From a virus (taxonomy: Duplodnaviria; Caudoviricetes), in IMG/VR virus record IMGVR_UViG_3300040856_002284, positions 1 to 59,200 of that record: DNA of 59,200 nucleotides; one strand, written 5' to 3'. The first letter of the stretch is position 1. Every line of letters starts with the position of its first letter. The position numbers and the translations under genes were made by a program. Below, piece after piece: positions 48,412 through 57,068 of this stretch. A model generated the notes under the pieces. The model searched no databases. It saw nothing but the letters and a program-made list of their open reading frames with translations, and was not told where the DNA came from.

Positions 48412-49098
48412 ATGGTAGCAAGAACAGCAAATATTGCAAGTAGGGCGTATGACGAAGGCTTGCGTAAATTCATGATCAATATGTATAACCACACTGCTAC
48501 AGGATTAGCAGTAAGTGGTTTTATTGCCTACCTTGTTTATACAACAGGTATGGTATACAGCATGGGTGCCTTAATGTGGGTGTTCATGTTTGCTCCGCTA
48601 GGCATGATTTTATATTATGGCTTTGCAGGACAAAACTGGAGCCTACAGGGCATTACACGTTTTTACTATGCATTTACAGCAGTAATGGGTGTAAGTATGA
48701 GCACTATCTTTGTGGTGTATACAGCGACGAGCATTGCTCAAGTATTTTTTATCACAGCAGCAACATTCGCAGCAGCCAGTCTATACGGATACACTACAAA
48801 ACGTGACCTCACCACAATGGGTAGTTTTCTCATTGTAGGCTTGATTGGCATTATTATTGCTAGTATTGTAAACATCTTTCTAGCAAGTAGTGCATTTGCA
48901 TTTGCTATCAGTATCATTGGTGTGCTTATTTTTGTAGGTATGACAGCATGGGATACACAAACTGCAAAGAACTTGTACCTTTCTGCACCTAATATGGAAG
49001 TAGCAGAAAAGTACGGTGTGCAAATGGCATTGAGTCTTTACTTAGACTTTGTGAATCTATTCCAATTTTTGTTGTCTTTATTAGGCAATAGAGAATAA
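48412..49098 (+). CDS. Bax inhibitor-1/YccA family membrane protein
   Basis: Seven TM; YGYTTKRDL, AWDTQ, ALSLYLDFVNLF. Confidence 0.92.
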   Translation: MVARTANIASRAYDEGLRKFMINMYNHTATGLAVSGFIAYLVYTTGMVYSMGALMWVFMFAPLGMILYYGFAGQNWSLQGITRFYYAFTAVMGVSMSTIFVVYTATSIAQVFFITAATFAAASLYGYTTKRDLTTMGSFLIVGLIGIIIASIVNIFLASSAFAFAISIIGVLIFVGMTAWDTQTAKNLYLSAPNMEVAEKYGVQMALSLYLDFVNLFQFLLSLLGNRE

Positions 49099-49105
49099 AA
49101 ACTTA

Positions 49106-49157
49106 TTGACACCCTCTGTGAGTTGTGCTATAAGTGTAGTGTAACAAACACAGAGGG
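49106..49157 (+). promoter_or_regulatory. sigma70-like promoter embedded in an RBS-masking inverted repeat
   Basis: TTGACA-17-TATAAG; CCCTCTGTG (49112-49120) / CACAGAGGG (49149-49157). Confidence 0.65.
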
Positions 49158-49163
49158 GTTTCT

Positions 49164-49709
49164 ATGAATATTGATTATGTAACTACTATGCAACGTGTGG
49201 GCGAAGTCATTTGTAAACCAGGACATGAAAAAAGACTAGAATTTGCATGGGATGAAAGCATGACTAAAGAAATGCAACGTGATGAACGTGGCAGAGTATA
49301 TGCTTTGTGTGCCGACGGTGAAATACAAAAAATAGGTGGCAGTCAAGCCAAAGGTGGTATTGCCGCAACATATGGTGCTTACTTTTCGGGTTTTGCAAAA
49401 GGCATGAGCGCAAGAACATATTGCGTCTGGCATTACATGACTAAATGTATTGCAGAAGGCAAAAAAGTAGAAGTATATTGCGTATGGGCTCCTTTGGTAG
49501 AAGTTACTATTCCTACAATGAATAGTACTATTACAAAAGAAATGCCTATTGATTATCATACAATTGAAAATGCATTTGTCCACGAATTTGTTGATAAAGA
49601 AGGTCGTTTCCCTTATCTAAATATGCAAGAAAGTGGTGGACGCTGGCAAGATACTGGTTTACTTGAAGGTTACGGTGGACTTTGGGTTCCTGAAGAGGAG
49701 ACTGCGTAA
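49164..49709 (+). CDS. GIY-YIG nuclease of Hpy188I / T4 EndoII type
   Basis: GRVY-x9-KIG.S, VEVY, E...F...P.LN.Q. Confidence 0.65.
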   Translation: MNIDYVTTMQRVGEVICKPGHEKRLEFAWDESMTKEMQRDERGRVYALCADGEIQKIGGSQAKGGIAATYGAYFSGFAKGMSARTYCVWHYMTKCIAEGKKVEVYCVWAPLVEVTIPTMNSTITKEMPIDYHTIENAFVHEFVDKEGRFPYLNMQESGGRWQDTGLLEGYGGLWVPEEETA

Positions 49710-50239
49710 TGGCAATTCATGCAATGATTGACCTAGAAACACTAGATGTAACACCAAATGCAAGTGTATTAACCGTAGGCGGTGTAAAGTTTGATCCTAA
49801 TACCGATAGTGAACCTCATAGTGAGTTTTATTATAAACTGGATTTAGATGCACAAAGCAGTCGTAAGGTAAATGATAGCACTATTGCTTGGTGGGGTCAA
49901 CAAGATCCTAAAATACAGGAGGAAGCGTTTAGCGAACACGGCCGTGTGCATCCACGTGAGTTTTTAGATCACTTGCCTAAATGGATGGTAGGTGTGGATG
50001 TGCTATGGGGACATGGCTACGGGTTTGATATTACAATCATTGAAGATATGTTGCGTCAACTTGGTAACCCTATTCCTTGGCAATTTTGGCAAGTTCGTGA
50101 TAGCCGCACATTGTTTGCACTAGCAAAGACGGATCCACGTAAAGCAATGCAAAGTGATTTACACAATGCATTAGCAGATGCTTACTTTCAAGCAAAAGGT
50201 GTGCAAATGGTTTATAAAGAACTTGGAGTTACAAAATGA
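49709..50239 (+). CDS. DEDDh 3'-5' exonuclease (DexA-like)
   Basis: IDLET, G..FD, RDSRT, HNALADA. Confidence 0.88.
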   Translation: MAIHAMIDLETLDVTPNASVLTVGGVKFDPNTDSEPHSEFYYKLDLDAQSSRKVNDSTIAWWGQQDPKIQEEAFSEHGRVHPREFLDHLPKWMVGVDVLWGHGYGFDITIIEDMLRQLGNPIPWQFWQVRDSRTLFALAKTDPRKAMQSDLHNALADAYFQAKGVQMVYKELGVTK

Positions 50240-50460
50240 CTATAGACGGGCTAACAACAGAACAATGTAAAATGTTGGATATCATGTGGGAAAAAGAAAC
50301 CTGTGACGAATTGTTTGAATGGTTTCAGAGTTTGAGTGAAGAAAAATTTCATATGGCAATGACACTGCACAATATGATGTTACAAGAAGTATGCGAAGAC
50401 ATGGTCAAAGTAGAAGATGGAAAGCAAATGTTAAAAAATATAGGAGTTAATGTTGCTTAG
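50236..50460 (+). CDS. Hypothetical protein
   Basis: GGAG RBS, ATGA coupling. Confidence 0.55.
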   Translation: MTIDGLTTEQCKMLDIMWEKETCDELFEWFQSLSEEKFHMAMTLHNMMLQEVCEDMVKVEDGKQMLKNIGVNVA

Positions 50461-50614
50461 ATGGTATGATTACCCTATAGCATTTTTAGTAGCAGATGTA
50501 ATGGCTACTGCTTTAAAAGCCCCTATAATAGGTGCTTTTGTTGCTTGGGGTATTTACGAAATGTGGAAACACATATATATTCCTTGGAGGTATAATCAAG
50601 AATATGGAGAATAG
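50450..50614 (+). CDS. Small membrane protein (54 aa, not in ORF track)
   Basis: MLLRWYDYPIAF...; AGGAG RBS. Confidence 0.55.
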   Translation: MLLRWYDYPIAFLVADVMATALKAPIIGAFVAWGIYEMWKHIYIPWRYNQEYGE

Positions 50615-50882
50615 TCCTATAAACACACTACAACAACTGATGGTTATAACCGCAGAAGAATGCGGAGAACTTACACAACGTTGTAGTAAAATAATGCGAA
50701 AGTATGAAACTTTAGACTTGATCGAAGAAGAACAACGTGTTAAACTAGTGGAAGAACTAGGCGATGTATTTTGTATGATGGAACTGATGGTTGAACATGG
50801 AATCACAGACTGGATCGAACTACAAGATCGAGCTGATGTAAAAGTTGAAAAACTCAAAAAGTGGAGTACACTAATTAAGTGA
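50604..50882 (+). CDS. MazG-like nucleotide pyrophosphohydrolase
   Basis: EECGEL...EELGD; start ATG 50604 after GGAGG. Confidence 0.8.
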   Translation: MENSPINTLQQLMVITAEECGELTQRCSKIMRKYETLDLIEEEQRVKLVEELGDVFCMMELMVEHGITDWIELQDRADVKVEKLKKWSTLIK

Positions 50883-51061
50883 CTAAACTTCGTAAGAAAA
50901 GGCTGTTATTATTAGCAAAACACGGTGGAGACCACAAGCGTTGGTATAGTCAGTATTTAAAACTTCAAAACGAAGGATTGATTACTTGGCAGTTGGGCTT
51001 TGCATTACTAACAGATGAAGGTGCTATCGAACTATGGGAGTTAGAACAAGATGAAAGTTAA
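50879..51061 (+). CDS. Hypothetical protein (winged-helix-like LT..G)
   Basis: GTGA coupling. Confidence 0.5.
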   Translation: MTKLRKKRLLLLAKHGGDHKRWYSQYLKLQNEGLITWQLGFALLTDEGAIELWELEQDES

Positions 51062-51521
51062 AATAGGACCATATCCTAATCATAGGTTTTATCATAATTG
51101 GCTTTACAAATGGTTTGGTTATTCACCAAAACAAAAGACACGGATAAAAATACACAACTATGACACATGGTCAATGGATCATACACTTGCTCCTATCATC
51201 TTGCCTATGCTTGTACAGCTAAAAGCTACAAAGCATGGTGCTCCTATGGTGGATATGAAAGATGTTCCAAGAGAACTACGTGCTACTAAAAAGCAACTGG
51301 ACGCATACGGCAAGAACGGTGATTCTGACCCTAAGTTTTTTGAGCGTTGGGACTGGATCATGGATGAAATGATTTGGGCATTTGAACAAAAGTGTCGTGA
51401 TGATTGGATGGAAGATTACTACTATAACAAATGGGATCAAGAAGGTGTGAAAGCACATCAAGACCGTATGTCAAATGGTTTCCGATTGTTTGGCAAATAT
51501 TATGAAAATTTATGGGATTAG
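51051..51521 (+). CDS. Phage hypothetical protein
   Basis: DTWSMD.TLA, WD.I.DEMI.AF, G..LFGKYY..LWD. Confidence 0.7.
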   Translation: MKVKIGPYPNHRFYHNWLYKWFGYSPKQKTRIKIHNYDTWSMDHTLAPIILPMLVQLKATKHGAPMVDMKDVPRELRATKKQLDAYGKNGDSDPKFFERWDWIMDEMIWAFEQKCRDDWMEDYYYNKWDQEGVKAHQDRMSNGFRLFGKYYENLWD

Positions 51522-51524
51522 AAG

Positions 51525-51710
51525 ATGAAAGTATTAATGTGTGATCCTCCTAGTGGTTGGAAGTATGGTTTTCCTAAACCGTTGCCAGCGGACTTGGGCG
51601 AAGATGAAAGTATCTTTCCTTGGCTGTTGAGCGAAGGTTATCCGCAGCACGAGATTGATGCTTGTGGCAATCATTTTTATTGTAGATATTGGGAACAGGA
51701 AGAAGAATGA
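51525..51710 (+). CDS. Small phage hypothetical protein
   Basis: DPPSGWKYGFPK, GYP. Confidence 0.65.
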   Translation: MKVLMCDPPSGWKYGFPKPLPADLGEDESIFPWLLSEGYPQHEIDACGNHFYCRYWEQEEE

Positions 51711-52621
51711 AAGAACTATGGGTAGAAAAGTATCGTCCAAAGACGGTAGAAGGATATGTGTTTAGAGATGACGCACAAAGAAATCAAGTTAAAACATGGA
51801 TCAAAGATAAAACTATTCCGCATTTGCTTTTTAGTGGCAATGCTGGGATTGGTAAAACTACTCTTGCTAAATTACTTTTTAATGAGTTGGATGTAAATCC
51901 ATTAGACATACTAGAGATTAACGCAAGTCGCACAAACTCAGTAGATGATGTGCGTGATAAAATTGTTTCGTTTGTACAAATGATTCCATTTGGCGATTTC
52001 AAGGTTGTGTTACTAGATGAGGCTGATTACTTATCGCCAAACGCACAAGCAGCATTGCGTGGTGTTATGGAAGAATATCACAGCACAGCAAGATTTATTT
52101 TAACTTGTAATTATCCTAACCGCATTATTCCTGCTATCCACAGCAGATGCCAAGGTTTCCATATCGCTAAGATTGACCAAACTGAGTTCACAGCTAGAGT
52201 TGCAGAAATCCTGATTACAGAAGGAGTTACACCTGATTTGGATACGCTGGACACTTATGTGAAAGCAACTTATCCAGACTTGCGTAAGTGTATCAACATG
52301 GTGCAGATGAATTCAGTAGAAGGTAAACTTGTAAGCCCACAAGAAGGCGATAGTGGTGAGAGCGACTGGAAATTGGATATGGTAGAATTGTTCAAAGCAG
52401 GTAAAATTGGTGATGCACGAAAGTTGTTGTGCGGATCTGTACGTGCAGAAGAAATGGAAGAAATTTATCGTTGGCTTTATGATAACATCGAATTATTCGG
52501 AAGTGAAGATAAACAAGATCAAGCAGTGCTAATTATTAAGCAAGGGCTTGTTGATCACACACTTGTAGTAGATCCAGAAATTAATCTTGCAGCAACACTA
52601 ATTAGATTAGGAGCATTATGA
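51707..52621 (+). CDS. Clamp loader AAA+ subunit (RFC small / gp44-like)
   Basis: WVEKYRP, GIGKTT, NAS, DEAD, SRC. Confidence 0.95.
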   Translation: MKELWVEKYRPKTVEGYVFRDDAQRNQVKTWIKDKTIPHLLFSGNAGIGKTTLAKLLFNELDVNPLDILEINASRTNSVDDVRDKIVSFVQMIPFGDFKVVLLDEADYLSPNAQAALRGVMEEYHSTARFILTCNYPNRIIPAIHSRCQGFHIAKIDQTEFTARVAEILITEGVTPDLDTLDTYVKATYPDLRKCINMVQMNSVEGKLVSPQEGDSGESDWKLDMVELFKAGKIGDARKLLCGSVRAEEMEEIYRWLYDNIELFGSEDKQDQAVLIIKQGLVDHTLVVDPEINLAATLIRLGAL

Positions 52622-53034
52622 AAATTTTAATTATGGGATTGCCAGGTAGTGGCAAAACACATCTGGCAGAACGTTTGCAAAAACATTTAGATTGTGCTTG
52701 GTACAATGCAGATGAAGTAAGGCGTATGGCAAATGACTGGGAATTTAGTGAAGACGGTCGTATTAGACAAGCACGCCGCATGAGTAATCTTGCTAATTTT
52801 GAAAAAGGTTGCGGGCGTGACGTGATTTGTGATTTTGTTTGTCCCACAGATCTAACACGACATATCTTTGAAGCTGATTACACAATTTGGATGCATACTA
52901 TTGGTGCCGGTCGTTTTGAGGATACTAATCGTATGTTTGAGCCTCCTAGTTATGCAGATCTTGTTATTGACAAATTTCTTACTGATGATAAAATTGCAAG
53001 TTTAGTAAATGTAATCACAGGAGTACATGCCTAA
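52618..53034 (+). CDS. Adenylylsulfate kinase-like P-loop kinase
   Basis: GLPGSGKT, AD.VR, FS...R, FEPP. Confidence 0.75.
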   Translation: MKILIMGLPGSGKTHLAERLQKHLDCAWYNADEVRRMANDWEFSEDGRIRQARRMSNLANFEKGCGRDVICDFVCPTDLTRHIFEADYTIWMHTIGAGRFEDTNRMFEPPSYADLVIDKFLTDDKIASLVNVITGVHA

Positions 53035-53444
53035 TGTTTGATTGGAAAAAACCCACAGCACAGATGCTTGGACGCTGGCAGCCATGGCACGATGGACATA
53101 CCGCATTATTCAAAAAAGCACTTGCTGAAACAGGACAAGTTTGTATTATGGTACGTGATGTTGGCGGTATTGTAGGCGAAGATGCCGGGGCTGGACGCAC
53201 AGCAACACAAGACGATAATCCATTCCGTTGGAACGAAGTGCGCCAAAACATTGTTGCAGGATTAGCAGAACATGACTTTACAGAAGGAGTAGAGTATGTT
53301 ATTATGCAAGTACCAAATATTGTAGATATTAGTTATGGACGTGGTGTGGGTTATACATTTACACAACATGACTTAGGTGAAGAAATTCATAATATTAGTG
53401 CTACAAAAATTAGAGCTAAAATGAGAGAAGAAGGAAAGTTATGA
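53034..53444 (+). CDS. HxGH nucleotidyltransferase (cytidyltransferase-like)
   Basis: [18 protein letters not shown]. Confidence 0.8.
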   Translation: MFDWKKPTAQMLGRWQPWHDGHTALFKKALAETGQVCIMVRDVGGIVGEDAGAGRTATQDDNPFRWNEVRQNIVAGLAEHDFTEGVEYVIMQVPNIVDISYGRGVGYTFTQHDLGEEIHNISATKIRAKMREEGKL

Positions 53445-53782
53445 CATATATTGTAAATGATCAATGTATACGTTGTAAACACATGGATTGTGTTGAAGTT
53501 TGTCCTGTTGATTGTTTTTATGAAGGCGAAAACATGCTGGTAATTAATCCTATTGAGTGCATTGATTGTGGAGTGTGTGAGCCAGAATGTCCAGCAGATG
53601 CAATTCAAGCAGACACAGCCCCAGGATCAAAACCGTGGGTTGAGTTTAATAAAAAATGGAGTGATATTTGGCCTAATATTACCGAAATGCGTAAAGAAGA
53701 TGTGCCAGAAGATGCAGAAGAATGGCATGGTGTAAAAGGCAAAATGCAATATTTTAGCGAGGCACCAGGACGTGGCGACTGA
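53441..53782 (+). CDS. fdxA: 7Fe ferredoxin
   Basis: [17 protein letters not shown]...[13 protein letters not shown]. Confidence 0.95.
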   Translation: MTYIVNDQCIRCKHMDCVEVCPVDCFYEGENMLVINPIECIDCGVCEPECPADAIQADTAPGSKPWVEFNKKWSDIWPNITEMRKEDVPEDAEEWHGVKGKMQYFSEAPGRGD

Positions 53783-53957
53783 TAACCAAAAACTGATAAA
53801 TGATATTGTAAGAGTAAGTGTATTAGAAGAAGAAATAGCATACTACAAAACACTTTTACAGCCCAGTGATACTGGACATATCCACACAACAATAAATTTT
53901 TTAAGTCAAAGACTATCTAACATCAAAGGAGAATTAGCGGGATGGCCGTTCGATTAG
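53772..53957 (+). CDS. Hypothetical protein
   Basis: DTGHIHTTI motif; overlapping ORF. Confidence 0.55.
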   Translation: MATDNQKLINDIVRVSVLEEEIAYYKTLLQPSDTGHIHTTINFLSQRLSNIKGELAGWPFD

Positions 53958-54628
53958 TAAGTTACACAAAAGCAACAGATGAATTTGTAAAAGAAGGTAT
54001 CAACAATGACGATTTGTTGGACCTAGTGGCATTTTGTGCTAGAGTAAGCAATCCAGCAAACCAAATGAATTCAGAAACAAGTGAAAAACTTGTAAAGTAT
54101 TTGATTAAACATGCACACTGGAGCCCACTAGAAATGGTAAACGTGTGTATGGAGATTGATACAACTCGTGATATTGCGCACCAAATTGTGCGTCATCGTA
54201 GTTTTGCATTCCAAGAGTTTTCACAACGGTATGCCAATCCAGAAGAAATGGGTGATATGTTTGTCGTGCGTGAAGCAAGACTGCAAGATCAAAAAAATAG
54301 ACAAAACTCTATTGATACTGACGACGATGTATTAAAAGACAAGTGGGAAGAATTACAACAAGACGTCATGTTTGCTGCTGGTAAAGCCTATAAGTGGGCT
54401 ATAGAAAATGGAATTGCTAAAGAACAAGCTCGTGCAGTTTTACCAGAAGGATGTACAAAAACACGTCTTTACATGAATGGTACACTGCGTAGTTGGATTC
54501 ATTACATTGAGTTGCGAGGTGCTAATGGAACACAAAAAGAACACATGGAAATTGCTTGGGAGTGTGCTAAAGTCATCTCAGAGATATTTCCTCTCGCATT
54601 GGAACTCACAGATGCCGCCAATCATTGA
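53942..54628 (+). CDS. thyX: Flavin-dependent thymidylate synthase
   Basis: H.SPLE, RHRSFAFQEFSQRY, ARAVLP. Confidence 0.97.
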   Translation: MAVRLVSYTKATDEFVKEGINNDDLLDLVAFCARVSNPANQMNSETSEKLVKYLIKHAHWSPLEMVNVCMEIDTTRDIAHQIVRHRSFAFQEFSQRYANPEEMGDMFVVREARLQDQKNRQNSIDTDDDVLKDKWEELQQDVMFAAGKAYKWAIENGIAKEQARAVLPEGCTKTRLYMNGTLRSWIHYIELRGANGTQKEHMEIAWECAKVISEIFPLALELTDAANH

Positions 54629-54905
54629 AGTAGATGTAGAATGGACTGAACACTACGCATGGTGGCCTGTGCGTAGCAGTTTCAGCAAAAAGCGCATCTG
54701 GTTTAAAAAATATCACGTAGGTGAAATATTTTATGATGCAATGGGTAGGCCACCTATAAAGGAAAAAAGTTGGAAACTCATTTATACTGAAAATGAGTAT
54801 TTGATGTACCTTTTAAAACAGGATGAAAAATATAATCATCCTTTAGATCAGCCGCCTTTATTTATTAGTAGTAGGGGACGTAGTGGCCCCCTACCTGGGT
54901 ATTAA
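54612..54905 (+). CDS. Hypothetical protein
   Basis: W...YAW.PVR....RIW.K.Y; start MPPII. Confidence 0.55.
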   Translation: MPPIIEVDVEWTEHYAWWPVRSSFSKKRIWFKKYHVGEIFYDAMGRPPIKEKSWKLIYTENEYLMYLLKQDEKYNHPLDQPPLFISSRGRSGPLPGY

Positions 54906-55621
54906 GCATCTCCGTAAATAGTAAGAACTTCTTTTACCGCTTCATGTCTTTCAATATCTCCTTGAACAAAATGACATACAGCAATGTGTTGTGTGTCAGA
55001 CTTTTCTAAATGGTTAACAAAATCAATAAGTCCGTTGTCTTTTAAGCGATCTGCTTGTGCTAAATCACCAGTGACAACCATTTTACTACCGTGACCTATA
55101 CGTGTTAGTAGCATTTTCATTTGGTTAGGAGTTGCATTTTGCATTTCATCTGCAATTATGTAACTATTTTTAAAAGTGCGTCCTCTCATGTATGCCAAAG
55201 GAGATATTTCGATTACACCTTCTTTAATCATTCCTTCTATTTCATTTGAATAAAAATATTCACGGAATACATCAAAAATAGGTCGTGTCCATGGTGCCAT
55301 TTTTTCTTCTAATGTACCTGGTAAAAATCCTAAATCTTCATCTGCACTAACTGCCGGTCTTGTAACAATAATCTTATCTACTTCTTTTTCAAAAAAACTT
55401 TTTACAGCAGCCTGTACTGCAAGCATAGTTTTACCTGTACCTGCTGGACCTATTCCAAAGACAATGTCTTTACCCGGTTCCAGTAACTTTAGTACATACG
55501 TTTCTTGATTTCTATTTCTTGGTATTATGTCTATGTTATGTTGTTTTTTTGGTAGGAAATTGTTTATTCTAACAACATTGTTGTTAAATGATTGTTGCCT
55601 TTTGGCTTTTGCTTTACCCAT
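54902..55621 (-). CDS. phoH: PhoH-family ATPase
   Basis: GPAGTGKT, LGFLPG, YMRGRT, DE.QN, GD..Q.D. Confidence 0.96.
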   Translation of the reverse strand: MGKAKAKRQQSFNNNVVRINNFLPKKQHNIDIIPRNRNQETYVLKLLEPGKDIVFGIGPAGTGKTMLAVQAAVKSFFEKEVDKIIVTRPAVSADEDLGFLPGTLEEKMAPWTRPIFDVFREYFYSNEIEGMIKEGVIEISPLAYMRGRTFKNSYIIADEMQNATPNQMKMLLTRIGHGSKMVVTGDLAQADRLKDNGLIDFVNHLEKSDTQHIAVCHFVQGDIERHEAVKEVLTIYGDA

Positions 55622-55776
55622 TAAGTCCTCCTTAAAATGGTTTAGCAGGTGTTTCCTAGTGCAGGAAACCTTTCCTGCTATGGTATTTACTTCTCTAATC
55701 TAAATCATTAAGTGCGTATTGAACTTTTTTTATATGTATGTTATAATTGATAAATATATTAAATTAAGGAAATATC

Positions 55777-56292
55777 ATGAGCCAAGTACTAGATCAGTTA
55801 GAGGTAATTAAGAATTTAGAATCTATATATGATAGCGATTATGCATTTCGTGTATTAAAAGATTTTGAAAGAGTCATAGATGAATTGAATATCTATGTGT
55901 ATAAGAATTGGGAAAACGGTGAACTAGTACAAGGACCAAATGTTGACAGACATTGGGTTAGTTGTATGTTTATGTGGCCTCGTGATGAAATGCCAGATCC
56001 AACTGGTGGCAAGAGATTAGCTGATTATGATTGCCAAGTTAAATATGGCAAAGGCGATATACTTGTCCCTCGTCAAATTAAAACACCAGATGATTTCCGT
56101 CCAGGCAGCAAGAAAGGTAAACTAGACAAAAAAGAAGTATGGTTTGTAAAAATTAGTATGCCTAAAAAATTAATTGCAGACATATATGGTGGTGCAATGC
56201 CAATTGAAAAATTAGAAACTGAAGAAATTACTCCGGCTACAGGTGATGCAATGGCTGCACCAACAGGAAATGTTAATTTAGGAGGTTTATAA
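55777..56292 (+). CDS. Phage hypothetical protein
   Basis: DFERV.D....Y...NW..GE...GP, MPDP; late-like promoter 55749-55756. Confidence 0.7.
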   Translation: MSQVLDQLEVIKNLESIYDSDYAFRVLKDFERVIDELNIYVYKNWENGELVQGPNVDRHWVSCMFMWPRDEMPDPTGGKRLADYDCQVKYGKGDILVPRQIKTPDDFRPGSKKGKLDKKEVWFVKISMPKKLIADIYGGAMPIEKLETEEITPATGDAMAAPTGNVNLGGL

Positions 56293-57011
56293 TGGGTTTA
56301 CGTGCAGGTGATTTAAGAGATTTAGTTTATGACATTTTTGAAATAGACTCTTACAAAAGCAAAATGGGCGATGATGCTGATATTGTAGTTGTGAGTTTTG
56401 ATGTAAAACAAAAAGAAGCAGCAAAAGATTTGGTAAATTTTATAGAAACTGCACATGATTTTGTGTTAGATGCCGATCACACACCTGGAGAAGTAGATAC
56501 AGGTGTTTACAAAGTTTTTGTTGAGATTGATAGAAATAGAGATATTACTAAAAATATAATGGATATGGTAGAAGGTTTAAAAAACCTAACAGATCAAGAT
56601 TTTAGATACAGATATCATAAAGCATTTAGAAGTCAAGATGTAACAGAAGACAATTTAAGTGTATCTGTTCCTGTTGACGCAGACAGCTATAATGTTGCTG
56701 TCTTAGAAAACAAAATGAATAGTTACAAAGAATTCTTTAGTAATAGTTTTGTAGATGATATTACATTATTAGAAAACAAACTTACAATAAAAAAAGTTTA
56801 CGCAGATCCTGTACAATTTGTGTTTAAAGATTTTGGTGATCGCGAAACTATGTTAGAAAATATTAAGGAAAAAATTAACGTTAACGACTATGCTGAAATT
56901 CTATTCTTAACTAAATATGTTGGAGATTACAATATTACAAAGTTTGGTAAAAGAACATTAACATTTGAAAACAAAGACAAGATACTAGTAGTAGAAAGAC
57001 ACCCCCAATAA
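56292..57011 (+). CDS. Phage hypothetical protein
   Basis: GGAGG RBS, TAATG coupling. Confidence 0.7.
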   Translation: MGLRAGDLRDLVYDIFEIDSYKSKMGDDADIVVVSFDVKQKEAAKDLVNFIETAHDFVLDADHTPGEVDTGVYKVFVEIDRNRDITKNIMDMVEGLKNLTDQDFRYRYHKAFRSQDVTEDNLSVSVPVDADSYNVAVLENKMNSYKEFFSNSFVDDITLLENKLTIKKVYADPVQFVFKDFGDRETMLENIKEKINVNDYAEILFLTKYVGDYNITKFGKRTLTFENKDKILVVERHPQ

Positions 57012-57068
57012 TAACAATAATAAAAAATTTGTGCCTCGGGGTAGCACTCTTAACAAAGGAACAAATTT

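Noticed and set aside
54871-54894. GTAGGGG/CCCCTAC hairpin as an intrinsic terminator
   Set aside because: No U-tract on either strand; only a hairpin at a convergent gene junction
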